From Alphaproteobacteria bacterium (GTDB taxonomy: Bacteria > Pseudomonadota > Alphaproteobacteria > Caulobacterales > Parvularculaceae): a stretch of DNA of 64,000 bases. Position 1 is the stretch's first letter. Every line of letters starts with the position of its first letter. The translations under genes were made by a program, and so were the position numbers. Of this stretch, positions 9,622-19,002 are shown in pieces. The stretch lies in contig JAUIEG010000001.1 of the NCBI GenBank assembly GCA_030428745.1, positions 43,815-107,814 on the forward strand, given 5' to 3'. The notes under the pieces were generated by a model. The model did no database searches. It saw nothing but the letters and a program-made list of their open reading frames with translations, and was not told the DNA's origin.

Positions 9622-10992
9622 TTAAACCAACTCGACACTATCCTGATAAGAGGGTGTGCTGGACGGCCACTTCAACTCTTTCATGATGCGCTGTCGAAGC
9701 GCTTCCGACGCGTCTGGCTCGCCATGGGTGACAAACGTCATCGTCGGCGCCCGTTCCACATTGCCCAGCCAGGAAAGAATTTCATCGGTATCTGCATGAG
9801 CGGAGAGCATATGAAGGTTTGTTACTTCGGCGTGAACTGGAAAATAGTCTCCATGAATCTTCACGCCCTTGACGCCCTTGGTGAGCGCGTCGCCGCGCGT
9901 CCCGGCTGCCTGAAACCCCGTAAACAGCACAGTATTTCGTTCGTCGGTAACGTAATGCTTGAGGTGATGGAGAATGCGCCCGCCCGTCGCCATGCCGCTG
10001 GCGGAAATGATGATCTTCGGCATCGGATTGGCGTCCAGCGCTTTTGAATCATCGACGCTGCGCGTATATGTAGCGACGCCGCAGGAAGTTCCGCATTGCG
10101 CCGCCGTCAGCCTGTGATCCTCCAGATAGCGGCAGAAGATCTCGCTCGCATCGATCGCCATGGGACTATCGAGAAATACCGGAAGGTCGGGAATTCGCTC
10201 TGCCTTCTTCAATCTGTCCAGATGAAACATCAGCGATTGGGAGCGGCCGACAGCGAACGCCGGAACGAGAACCGTTCCCCCGCGCTCCGCAGTCCGATTG
10301 ACAATGTCCGCGATCAGATCCTCCGCATCTTGCTGTTCATGACGCCGGTTTCCATAAGTCGACTCAACGACAAGATAATCTGCTTCGTGGACAACCGCCG
10401 GATCGAGCATCGTGGCGCTGTTCGGCCTGCCAAGATCTCCGGAGAATACGATTTTCTTTCCCGCGATGTTGAGTTCGATGATCGCGGCGCCGAGAATATG
10501 ACCCGCGTGCAAAAACCGAATCGCCACATCGTCCGAAATGCTAATAGTGCGATCGAATACGGCGGGCTTGAAATGCGTTAGCGCATCCTCTGCATCTTGC
10601 TGTGTGTAAAGCGGTTTTGCCGGCTTGTGTTTTGAATAGCCGTGCCGGTTTGCGAATTCAGCGTCGCGCTCCTGCAAATGACCGCTGTCCGGCAACAGAA
10701 TGCCGCACAGATCGCATGTCGGCGCAGTTGCATGCACCGGTCCTTTGAAACCGTTCTTAACAAGGAGCGGTATATAACCGGAATGGTCGAGATGGGCGTG
10801 CGTCAGGAATACGGCGTCAATTTCCGCCGGCCTCACCGGAAGCGGGGCCCAGTTGCGCTGGCGTAATTGCTTTTGTCCCTGGAAAAGTCCCGAGTCGATC
10901 AGATATTTCTGGCCGGCGAATTCCAGCAGATATTTCGATCCTGTGACTGTCCCGACGGCGCCGAGAAATGTAAGTCGTGCATTCATCAGCAA
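9622..10992 (-). CDS. MBL-fold beta-CASP (RNA-metabolising) metallohydrolase
   Basis: THAHLDHSG, AGHILG, SGDLG, ESTYG, ASGMATGGR, LSAHAD, THGE. Confidence 0.9.
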   Translation of the reverse strand: MLMNARLTFLGAVGTVTGSKYLLEFAGQKYLIDSGLFQGQKQLRQRNWAPLPVRPAEIDAVFLTHAHLDHSGYIPLLVKNGFKGPVHATAPTCDLCGILLPDSGHLQERDAEFANRHGYSKHKPAKPLYTQQDAEDALTHFKPAVFDRTISISDDVAIRFLHAGHILGAAIIELNIAGKKIVFSGDLGRPNSATMLDPAVVHEADYLVVESTYGNRRHEQQDAEDLIADIVNRTAERGGTVLVPAFAVGRSQSLMFHLDRLKKAERIPDLPVFLDSPMAIDASEIFCRYLEDHRLTAAQCGTSCGVATYTRSVDDSKALDANPMPKIIISASGMATGGRILHHLKHYVTDERNTVLFTGFQAAGTRGDALTKGVKGVKIHGDYFPVHAEVTNLHMLSAHADTDEILSWLGNVERAPTMTFVTHGEPDASEALRQRIMKELKWPSSTPSYQDSVELV

Positions 10993-11032
10993 TAACCTAA
11001 CTTTGTTTTAGCGTTCACAAGTTTGTCCTTAC

Positions 11033-11695
11033 TTACTTCACGGAGACACTAGAAGATCGGATTCTGGGAAAGAACCTTGGCGTGTCGGCTGCATATTGCC
11101 GGTACGCCTCGCCGAATTCGGCCTCCACATCTCGTTCCTCCTTTAGCGCCAGGCGCCAGTACATGAAGACGAGGATCGGAAACATGATCAGCGTCACCAG
11201 AGTCGGCCACTGGAAAAGAAACCCGATCATGATGAGAACGAATCCCACATATTGCGGGTGACGCATCCGCGCATAAGGACCTGTAGTCGCAAGCGTTTTG
11301 CTCCTTTGCGCGCGATATAGGATCGGCCACGCCGCCGACAGCAGCCAAAAGCCGCCTATGATGAATGCGAAGCTCAAAAGGTGGAACGGTCCGCAATGCG
11401 GATTGGCGCGCCACCCGAAAATCATCTCAAGAAGATGTCCAGAATCATGGGCGAGCCAGTCGACGTCCGGAAAACGGGTCTGCAGCCAGCCTGAAAGCAG
11501 GAATATCGTCAACGGAAACCCGTACATTTCGGCGAAATACGCAACAATGAATGCGCTGAAGGCGCCGAAAGAGCGCCAATCCCGCGCCGAGAGCGGTTTC
11601 GCGAAACTGAAGGCGAAAAGGATGAATATGGCTGAATTGACAAAAACCAGCAGCCACAGTCCGTAGCTCGCCGCATGTGATTCTTCGCCTGTCAT
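11033..11695 (-). CDS. Isoprenylcysteine carboxyl methyltransferase (ICMT/PEMT) family membrane protein
   Basis: AEMYGFPLTI; TTGPYARMRHPQY; EERDVEAEFGEAY. Confidence 0.85.
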   Translation of the reverse strand: MTGEESHAASYGLWLLVFVNSAIFILFAFSFAKPLSARDWRSFGAFSAFIVAYFAEMYGFPLTIFLLSGWLQTRFPDVDWLAHDSGHLLEMIFGWRANPHCGPFHLLSFAFIIGGFWLLSAAWPILYRAQRSKTLATTGPYARMRHPQYVGFVLIMIGFLFQWPTLVTLIMFPILVFMYWRLALKEERDVEAEFGEAYRQYAADTPRFFPRIRSSSVSVK

Positions 11696-11913
11696 TCTTT
11701 ATCGCTCCCGTGGTCGCCATGCCGCCCATGTCCGCCGTGCATAAACAGGTGGACGCCGATACATGCAGCAAGCAATCCGATCAAAAGCGCGTCGCCGGTA
11801 AAGACATGCATTCGATGTTCATAGACCAGGAGCACACCGGCAATGGCTGCGAAAATGGCGAACGCTATCCATACGCGCGATCGTTTGGGATGATTTCCGC
11901 TTTCGTCAGTCAT
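11692..11913 (-). CDS. DUF2933 small His-tailed membrane protein
   Basis: EHRMH; ACIGVHLFMHGGHGRH. Confidence 0.8.
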   Translation of the reverse strand: MTDESGNHPKRSRVWIAFAIFAAIAGVLLVYEHRMHVFTGDALLIGLLAACIGVHLFMHGGHGRHGDHGSDKE

Positions 11914-11931
11914 GACTTTCCACCCTGTTAA

Positions 11932-13998
11932 TTAGGAACCGGTCGCCAATTTCTTTAAACGGAGCAACTGCGCGTTCACGGCGCATATAATCGTGCTGGA
12001 CGACATGAACACGGCGCCGACCGCCGGGCTTAAGACAATTCCCCATGGGAAGAAGGCGCCAGCGGCAGCCGGAATAGCGACAGTATTATAACCGGTCGCC
12101 CAGAACAGGTTTTGTATCATTTTTCCATAGGTCGCCCGGGCAAGACCCAGGATCGCAACCACATCGAGAGGATTGCTTTTCACGAGAATGATGTCCGCCG
12201 TTTCAATCGCGACATCCGTCCCGGCCCCTATGGCAATACCGACATTGGCCTGGGCGAGCGCGGGAGCGTCGTTGACGCCGTCTCCCGTCATGGCGACGAT
12301 CAGACCGCGGGACTGAACTTCTTTCACCTTCGCCGCTTTTTGTTCGGGCAGAACCTCGGCGAGGACTTCGTCAAGGCCGATTTCGTCAGCCACCCATTTC
12401 GCGACCTGCGGATTGTCGCCTGTCAGCATGATGCAGCGAACGCCCATTTTCTGAAGCGCAGCGATGGCGGGCTTTGATTCCTCGCGGATAATGTCCGCAA
12501 GGGCGATCGCCCCGGCTAGGACGTTATCGATCAGAACAAAGATAACCGTCTTGCCCTGGCTCGAAAGCTTTTCGATGCGCGCATCGTCAAGCGCAAAACC
12601 GTTGGCCCGTATATAGCCGGGGCTCACGGCTTTGACGGCGCGTCCTTTGACAACGCCTTCGGCCCCCTTGCCCGGAATCGCCCGGAAGTTTTCGACCTCC
12701 CACTTTTCCTTGGCGTCCTTGACGATGCCCTTGGCGATTGGATGCTCCGAATGCGCTTCAATGGAGGCCGCATAAGCGACGATCTCATCAGGCGAGAACC
12801 CGTCATTGAGAACAAGCGTATCGGTTATTCCGAATTCGCCGCGCGTCAGCGTGCCTGTCTTGTCGAAGATAATGGCGTCAATGTTGCGCGCTTCTTCAAA
12901 GGCTGTGCGATCACGAATGAGAAGGCCGTTGGTCGCCGCAATAGCCGTCGAGCGCGCAACGACAAGCGGCACAGCGAGCCCAAGCGCATGGGGACAAGCG
13001 ATCACCATCACTGTCACCGCACGTTCCATGGCGAAGGCGAAGCCCTGGCCAGTCATGAGCGCCCAGCCCGCCGCCGTCAGGAATCCGCCCCCAAGAGCAA
13101 TAAAAGTCAGCCATCGGGCTGCATAATTTGCGATGTCCTGCGTTCTCGATTTGCTCGCCTGCGCTTCTTCGACAAGGCGAATGACGCCCGAGAGGAACGA
13201 GTCTTCACCGGTCTTGGCGACCTCCACGGTGATCGAGCCTTCTCCATTAATCGAACCGCCGATGACCTGCGCGCCTTTCGTCTTCGAGACCGGTTTCGAT
13301 TCGCCCGTAAGCATCGATTCGTTGACGGATGTCTCTCCTTTAACGATGACGCCGTCAGCCGGGATTTTCTCTCCCGGCTTGATGAGCAGGCGATCCCCTG
13401 ATTTCAATTGAGAGAGCGGAACATCCGTGACCGACCCGTCTTCGCCTACAAGATGCGCCGTATCCGGCATCAGGCGCGCTAGCTTCTCAAGCGCCTTTCC
13501 CGCTCCCATCACGGACTTCATCTCGATCCAGTGACCGAAAAGCATGATCGCGATAAGAGTCGCCAGCTCCCAGAAAAATGTCTTTTCGGAGCCGGTAAAA
13601 ACAACGACGAAGCTATAGGCGAACGCTGCCGTAATCGCGACGCCGATGAGAGTCATCATGCCGGGGTTTCGCCCTGAAACCTCCGACCACAACCCTTTCA
13701 GGAAGGGCCAGCCGCCGTAAAAATATACAATCGTCGAAAGCGCCGCGAGGACATATCCATCGCCCGGGAACGCCAATGTTTCCCGCAGGCCCAGTGCGTT
13801 TTGGATCATTGGCGCAAGCGCCAGAATGGGGACGGTCAGCGCCAGCGTGACCCAGAACCGCCGGCGGAAATCCGCCACCATCTTCGCGTGATCATGCCCG
13901 GAACCGCCGTGAGCGTGCCCGCCATGCCCCTTATGCGCCGCGCCGGCCTTTTTTGTATGCTGCATGTGTGCGGCGTGTTCCGCCTGAGTGTGATCCAT
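11932..13998 (-). CDS. Copper-translocating P1B-type ATPase (CPH type, His-rich N-terminus)
   Basis: [39 protein letters not shown]. Confidence 0.95.
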   Translation of the reverse strand: MDHTQAEHAAHMQHTKKAGAAHKGHGGHAHGGSGHDHAKMVADFRRRFWVTLALTVPILALAPMIQNALGLRETLAFPGDGYVLAALSTIVYFYGGWPFLKGLWSEVSGRNPGMMTLIGVAITAAFAYSFVVVFTGSEKTFFWELATLIAIMLFGHWIEMKSVMGAGKALEKLARLMPDTAHLVGEDGSVTDVPLSQLKSGDRLLIKPGEKIPADGVIVKGETSVNESMLTGESKPVSKTKGAQVIGGSINGEGSITVEVAKTGEDSFLSGVIRLVEEAQASKSRTQDIANYAARWLTFIALGGGFLTAAGWALMTGQGFAFAMERAVTVMVIACPHALGLAVPLVVARSTAIAATNGLLIRDRTAFEEARNIDAIIFDKTGTLTRGEFGITDTLVLNDGFSPDEIVAYAASIEAHSEHPIAKGIVKDAKEKWEVENFRAIPGKGAEGVVKGRAVKAVSPGYIRANGFALDDARIEKLSSQGKTVIFVLIDNVLAGAIALADIIREESKPAIAALQKMGVRCIMLTGDNPQVAKWVADEIGLDEVLAEVLPEQKAAKVKEVQSRGLIVAMTGDGVNDAPALAQANVGIAIGAGTDVAIETADIILVKSNPLDVVAILGLARATYGKMIQNLFWATGYNTVAIPAAAGAFFPWGIVLSPAVGAVFMSSSTIICAVNAQLLRLKKLATGS

Positions 13999-14030
13999 TC
14001 TCTATGCCCTTGCTGTAAGTCTTGTTCGTA

Positions 14031-14058
14031 AAGTCGTCATGTCGCTCAACCGCTTACA
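14031..14058 (-). promoter_or_regulatory. ECF promoter (candidate CorE-like sigma target) for ATPase operon
   Basis: Minus strand TGTAAG-N16-CGACTT ending ~33 bp before the ATPase start. Confidence 0.6.
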
Positions 14059-14200
14059 AGCCTCGTCCGCAGACAATCTTGAGTTCGTCGCCGTCACGCC
14101 ATTTTCCTTGCACGCTTGTCGGACCGATATTTTTAATGACGTTCGCCGCCCTAATTCGTTACAGCTGCTGGCGAAAAATTTTTCCATCATCGCCAGATGC

Positions 14201-14833
14201 TCACTTTTCTCCTGCTTCATTGGCCTGCTTTTCCTTATCGAGGCGGCGTCTTAAGGACGCTACATTTTCACAACCGCAATCGAGAAAGCCATGTTCGGGG
14301 CAGGTCCTGCAAGATTGTTCCAGGCGGTCGCGCAACGCTTGACGGGCGCGATGCAATTTTACGCGAAACGCGCTCTCTGATAGTTCAAGACTATCACGCA
14401 CGTCGGCGCGATCTTCGCCGAGTAAATCCACACGCCAGATGATCGCGGCGTAATCGTCAACCAGCGTTGGCAGAAGCTTATATAGACAGGCGCAAACGAG
14501 GAGGTCGATTTCTTCTTCAACCATTTGCGATTCAACTGTCATTTGTCGTTCAAACGCTTTCTCCAACCGTTCCGAACGGGCTCGCAACCGATAGTGATCC
14601 GCGATGACAGACTGGAGCACCCGATTCATCCAGGGGCGAAGTTTCTCGTCGTCCTTCAAATCCGCAAAGGATTTTAGAACCCTGACATAGAACTCCTGAA
14701 GCACGTCCGCAGCGTCATGCTCATCCTTTAGCTGACGCAGAAGAAAGCGGAAAAAATCCTTATGTACTTCGCGTAGCGTCCTTTCTACTGCGGCTCTCCG
14801 ACGGCTATGCGTTTCTGTCTCATCGACGGTCAT
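14201..14833 (-). CDS. ECF sigma factor with Cys-rich C-terminal domain (CorE-like)
   Basis: DAADVLQE; CAC in sigma2-sigma4 linker; VKLHRARQAL; C-terminal CRTCPEHGFLDCGC; no adjacent anti-sigma. Confidence 0.85.
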   Translation of the reverse strand: MTVDETETHSRRRAAVERTLREVHKDFFRFLLRQLKDEHDAADVLQEFYVRVLKSFADLKDDEKLRPWMNRVLQSVIADHYRLRARSERLEKAFERQMTVESQMVEEEIDLLVCACLYKLLPTLVDDYAAIIWRVDLLGEDRADVRDSLELSESAFRVKLHRARQALRDRLEQSCRTCPEHGFLDCGCENVASLRRRLDKEKQANEAGEK

Positions 14834-14905
14834 TTGATCTCTTTGTTATTTTATCACGCACCACTGGCCGCCGGACCCTCTCGTCGCGCTGCAGCATATT
14901 TTTAT

Positions 14906-14933
14906 AATTACGTGTTTCGCGCCTCCATCCCTC
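14906..14933 (-). promoter_or_regulatory. ECF (CnrH-like) promoter for the CorE-like sigma gene
   Basis: Minus strand GAGGG-N16-CGTAATT. Confidence 0.65.
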
Positions 14934-14969
14934 AATCGCGAGAGCAATTGGAGTTTTTTGCGGCGTCAA

Positions 14970-15004
14970 TGTAACGCGCGAGGGAGACCAACGTCTTATT
15001 CGTA
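14970..15004 (+). promoter_or_regulatory. Two interleaved ECF promoters for cfa
   Basis: TGTAAC(14970)-N16-CGTCTT(14992) and GAGGG(14980)-N16-CGTA(15001). Confidence 0.6.
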
Positions 15005-15071
15005 GAAGCCTACGAGCGCTCTGTTCAATTCGGGAACCGCATCGGAGGCGAATTACGAAGCGAGGTTTACG

Positions 15072-16310
15072 ATGTCCTTGTGGAAATTACTACTGGACCG
15101 GCGGATGTCCCAGACTATCCGCAAGGGAAGGCTGGAGATCGCATATCCGGACGGATCGTTCCGATGCTACGCCGGCGACGCCCGATCGGGTTTGGCGATC
15201 CGGATCAATAGCGAACGCTGGCTTCGACGTATCATACTCGACCCCGAACTCGCTTTTGGCGAAGCCTACATGGAAGGCGGCGTCGAGATCGATAGCGGCG
15301 ATATTTATGACCTTCTCGAATTGATCTGGGCCAATTTTCTAACGCCTGCGGGAAAGCGCCGGTCAGCGCCGGCCTTCGTGAGACGCTCCCTGCGATTCCT
15401 GTCACAACTGAACCTGCCGTCGCGTGCGCGCCAGAACGCGTCGCATCACTATGATATCGGCAACGAATTCTACCGCCTTTTTCTTGACGAAGATCTTCAG
15501 TATTCCTGCGCCTTACACGAAAATCCGAATGCGACATTGGAAGACGCACAGCTCGCCAAGAAAAATGCGATATCAAAAAAACTGCTGATAGAACCAAACC
15601 ACAGCGTCCTCGACATCGGATGCGGATGGGGCGGCCTTGCACTGCACCTAGCCGGGCATGATCAGGCGCGCGTCGAAGGGATAACCCTGTCCGCGCAGCA
15701 GCTCAATGCAGCCAAGGCGCGCGCCAAGAAGGAACGTCTCGACGGGCGGGTCCGGTTTCACTTGGAGGACTACCGCAGAATTACCGATCAATATGACCGC
15801 ATTGTATCCGTCGGCATGTTCGAGCATGTAGGCGCGCCGTACTTTCAGGAATATTTTGATCAGATCAGCCGCCTGCTCCGCCAAGATGGCATCGCGCTGA
15901 TCCACACAATCGGGCGCTCGCATGGTCCTGATGCAACCAACCCGTGGATCGCGAAATACATCTTTCCCGGCGGATATATTCCAGCCCTTTCGGAAATCAT
16001 GCCCGCGATCGAACGCGCCGGTTTGTATGTTCTGGATATCGAGGTGTTGCGGCTGCACTACGCAGAGACGCTGAAGGAATGGCGGCGCCGCTTCCACGAA
16101 AATGCGGCAGCAGCGGAGCGCCTTTTTGATTCTCGATTTGTGAGAATGTGGGATTTCTATCTCGCCGGCAGCGAGCTTTCATTCCGGTATGGCGATCACG
16201 CCGTATTTCAAATCCAGTTGGCGAAGCGGCAAGACGCAACCCCGCTTACCCGCCGCTATCTCTATGAGGACGCTGACCAGACAGAAGTTCCTGTCGCCGC
16301 CTGCGCGTAA
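15072..16310 (+). CDS. cfa: Cyclopropane-fatty-acyl-phospholipid synthase family
   Basis: HHYDIGNEFY, LDIGCGWGG, SVGMFEHVG, YIFPGG, HYAETL. Confidence 0.92.
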   Translation: MSLWKLLLDRRMSQTIRKGRLEIAYPDGSFRCYAGDARSGLAIRINSERWLRRIILDPELAFGEAYMEGGVEIDSGDIYDLLELIWANFLTPAGKRRSAPAFVRRSLRFLSQLNLPSRARQNASHHYDIGNEFYRLFLDEDLQYSCALHENPNATLEDAQLAKKNAISKKLLIEPNHSVLDIGCGWGGLALHLAGHDQARVEGITLSAQQLNAAKARAKKERLDGRVRFHLEDYRRITDQYDRIVSVGMFEHVGAPYFQEYFDQISRLLRQDGIALIHTIGRSHGPDATNPWIAKYIFPGGYIPALSEIMPAIERAGLYVLDIEVLRLHYAETLKEWRRRFHENAAAAERLFDSRFVRMWDFYLAGSELSFRYGDHAVFQIQLAKRQDATPLTRRYLYEDADQTEVPVAACA

Positions 16311-16380
16311 GGTAACGATTATGAATACCGATGCGGCACTCAAGCTGGTCGAGCGAACCTATCGAAAGGAATAAAACGCA

Positions 16381-16722
16381 ATGAACGCTACACTTTATTT
16401 CGCGATCTGGGCCATTCTCATCTTTGTCATGATGCGTTTCGGCTGCGGCGCCCATGTGATGGGTCACGGCTCACATGGGCACGGACATGGCGGCCACAAG
16501 AATGACGATGACATTCTGACGTTCACGCCTACCGAAGCGATTGACCCCGTCTGCGGCATGACTGTTACGCCAGGAAAAGCCAAATCGAGCATACATAACC
16601 GGCGCATCTACTATTTCTGCTCAACAAATTGTCGCGAAAAATTTGAGTCGGCGCCTACGACTTATCTGCAAGGCGACCCGGCTAGGCAATCATCCATGGA
16701 GGATCATCATGGCTCACACTGA
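16381..16722 (+). CDS. YHS-domain metal-binding protein with N-terminal TM and His tract
   Basis: MMRFGCGAHVMGHG; DPVCGM; YYFCSTNCREKF. Confidence 0.85.
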   Translation: MNATLYFAIWAILIFVMMRFGCGAHVMGHGSHGHGHGGHKNDDDILTFTPTEAIDPVCGMTVTPGKAKSSIHNRRIYYFCSTNCREKFESAPTTYLQGDPARQSSMEDHHGSH

Positions 16723-17008
16723 CAAACCGCAAACGGCGCCCGCCACGCTCAGAATTCCGGTTATCGCATTCGGACTTAGCGTAAGCGCGTTTTGCGCCAT
16801 CACCTATTCACTCTGCGTGCTGTTCTACATCCTATTTCCGGGATCGGCTGAAAAGCATGTCCTCCTTTCCTTTTATACGCCTTGGTTCGAGGTTCTCAGC
16901 TGGTCCGGGTTTTTCCTGGGACTTCTCGGAAGCATCGTTTGCGGCTGGTATATCGCTCTTGTATTCGGGCCGATTTACAATTTTTTTGCTGCATGGCGGC
17001 GCCGATGA
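16709..17008 (+). CDS. DUF5676-like small membrane protein (second copy)
   Basis: GGAGG RBS; PWFEVLSWSGFFLGLLGSIVCGWYIALVFGPIYN. Confidence 0.7.
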   Translation: MAHTDKPQTAPATLRIPVIAFGLSVSAFCAITYSLCVLFYILFPGSAEKHVLLSFYTPWFEVLSWSGFFLGLLGSIVCGWYIALVFGPIYNFFAAWRRR

Positions 17009-17143
17009 AATCCGCCACCGCACATGTGTCTTCCAAAGACGATTTCACCGAAGAAAGAACTGCGCAAGCATGTCCGTTGCTAAACTGTCCAAACGCTCCC
17101 TTTCTCGGGAGCGGCTGCTTAAGACGTTGTTGAGCTCGCATAT

Positions 17144-17926
17144 ATGACGAAGAATGACGACAGCCCCACCGTTCAATCCAAGGCGTCATACAAAAAGGCG
17201 TTGCGCAGGCTTCAGATCGGCCTTGTTAAGATACAACGGCATGTCATTTCTCATAACCACCGCGTTCTGATCATTTTTGAAGGGCGGGACGCGGCCGGAA
17301 AGGATGGCGCGATCAAGAGAATCGTTCAGCATCTTTCACCGCGGGAAACCCGCGTCGTGGCGCTTGGCAAGCCGTCCAGCCACGATGAACGATCGTGGTA
17401 TTTTCAACGCTATGCGCCCTATCTTCCGGCGGATCAGGAGATCGTGCTGTTCAACCGGTCCTGGTATAACCGCGCCGGCGTCGAACAGGTCATGGGCTTT
17501 TGCACAGACGCCCAATACAACGCATTCTTTCCCGCCGTCCTTTCTTTCGAAAAGATGCTCATCGATGATGGAACGCAAGTCCTCAAATACTACCTCGACA
17601 TCAGCCGGGAAGAACAAATCCGGCGCCTCGAAGACCGGCGAACGAACCCGCTAAAGCAGTGGAAAGTCAGCCCGATTGACAAAGTCGCGATTGATAAATG
17701 GGACGACTACACGAAAGCGCGGAACGAAATGTTGCGGCGAACGGATATCGCCGCTGCGCCGTGGCATATTGTCCGTACCGATAACAAGCGGGCGGCCCGT
17801 CTAAACATCATCAGGCATATGCTATCGCAATTGGAGTGCCCGGATAGGGATGAACACGAGGCTCAGCCCGACCCGAACATCTTATTTCGATTTGCAGAAC
17901 AGGATTTGCCTCGGCTCGCATCTTGA
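17144..17926 (+). CDS. ppk2: Polyphosphate kinase 2
   Basis: FEGRDAAGKDG, WYFQRY, FNRSWYNRAGVE, KQWKVSPID. Confidence 0.92.
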   Translation: MTKNDDSPTVQSKASYKKALRRLQIGLVKIQRHVISHNHRVLIIFEGRDAAGKDGAIKRIVQHLSPRETRVVALGKPSSHDERSWYFQRYAPYLPADQEIVLFNRSWYNRAGVEQVMGFCTDAQYNAFFPAVLSFEKMLIDDGTQVLKYYLDISREEQIRRLEDRRTNPLKQWKVSPIDKVAIDKWDDYTKARNEMLRRTDIAAAPWHIVRTDNKRAARLNIIRHMLSQLECPDRDEHEAQPDPNILFRFAEQDLPRLAS

Positions 17927-18001
17927 TTTGAGCGCGATCGTGTTCCGTGGCCCAGTCAGAAAAAGTAGACTATCATTTTCAACCAATTAGGCTGGACGGC
18001 G

Positions 18002-18997
18002 ATGATGAAGAGACCACTTGTACTTGCGATAGGCGCCGGCGCGCTCATCGTCGTCAGCGGATTTGCCTGGAACTATTTCAATCAGGCCGCCCACGAACAA
18101 ACGCATCTTCAGCTCTACGGAAATGTTGATGTCCGCCAAGTCGATCTCTCGTTTAAGATTGGAGGGCGGCTTGAAGCTGTCAATTTCGAGGAAGGCGACG
18201 CAGTCAAAGCGGGTGACATTGTCGCCTCGCTCGAAAAGGCGGACTTTGAAGACCAGGCTAGCTTGGCCCAGGCCGCGGTGCAGTCCCGTATGGCTATTCT
18301 CGAAAAACTCGAACGCGGCGCCCGCTCCGAAGAAATAGCCCAAGCGAGAGCTGAACTCGATGCTCGGCAAGCGGCGTTTACATTCGCGGAAGCGACACTC
18401 AATCGCATTGAGCCCCTCGCTGCAATCGGCGCCGACACCCACCAGCAGCATGATCAAGCACAAGCTGAACACGATAAAGCAGCGGCCGCGGTCGCCGCCG
18501 CACGGGAGGCGCTTGAACTTCTCGTCAGCGGGTCGCGCGAAGAAGACATTAAGGCTGCGCGCGCTGCACTGAACGCGGACGAGGCTACCCTAAGTCTCGC
18601 GCAACGGCGCCTCTCCGACACCGATCTTGCCGCGCCCAATGACGGCGTGATCTTAACGCGGGTACGTGAACCCGGTGCGGTCGTGGCCGCCGGGCAGCCC
18701 ATATACACCTTGTCTCTCTCTTCGCCGGTCTGGGTTCGAACTTATGTCGCAGAACCGGATCTCGGCAATATCCGTCCCGGCATGGTTGCTGCCGTGCGCA
18801 CCGATTCCGGCGAGCAATATGACGGACAAGTCGGGTTCATTTCGCCGACCGCCGAATTCACGCCGAAATCGGTCGAAACGAAAGAGCTTCGCACAAGCCT
18901 CGTCTATCGCGTGCGCGTGATCGTCGATAATCCGGACGGCGGTCTGCGGCAGGGCATGCCTGTGACCGTCACCCTTCAGCTTGACGCCGAAGGCTGA
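18002..18997 (+). CDS. HlyD-family membrane fusion protein (YbhG-like)
   Basis: LYGNVDVRQV, coiled coil, AEFTPKSVET, LRQGMPVTV. Confidence 0.9.
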   Translation: MMKRPLVLAIGAGALIVVSGFAWNYFNQAAHEQTHLQLYGNVDVRQVDLSFKIGGRLEAVNFEEGDAVKAGDIVASLEKADFEDQASLAQAAVQSRMAILEKLERGARSEEIAQARAELDARQAAFTFAEATLNRIEPLAAIGADTHQQHDQAQAEHDKAAAAVAAAREALELLVSGSREEDIKAARAALNADEATLSLAQRRLSDTDLAAPNDGVILTRVREPGAVVAAGQPIYTLSLSSPVWVRTYVAEPDLGNIRPGMVAAVRTDSGEQYDGQVGFISPTAEFTPKSVETKELRTSLVYRVRVIVDNPDGGLRQGMPVTVTLQLDAEG

Positions 18998-19002
18998 GCC
19001 CC

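Noticed and set aside
7198-10992. Triad as an anti-phage or NAD-reconstitution system
   Set aside because: No partner such as a nicotinamide transferase, sensor or toxin domain, and the context is a copper operon.
14002-14220. 72-aa ORF between the sigma and ATPase genes
   Set aside because: No recognisable family, and it runs through the predicted ATPase promoter. Cannot be supported.
17005-17133. 42-aa Cys-containing ORF coupled by ATGA to the DUF5676-like gene
   Set aside because: Too short, with no clear RBS or motif. It may be real but is unsupported.
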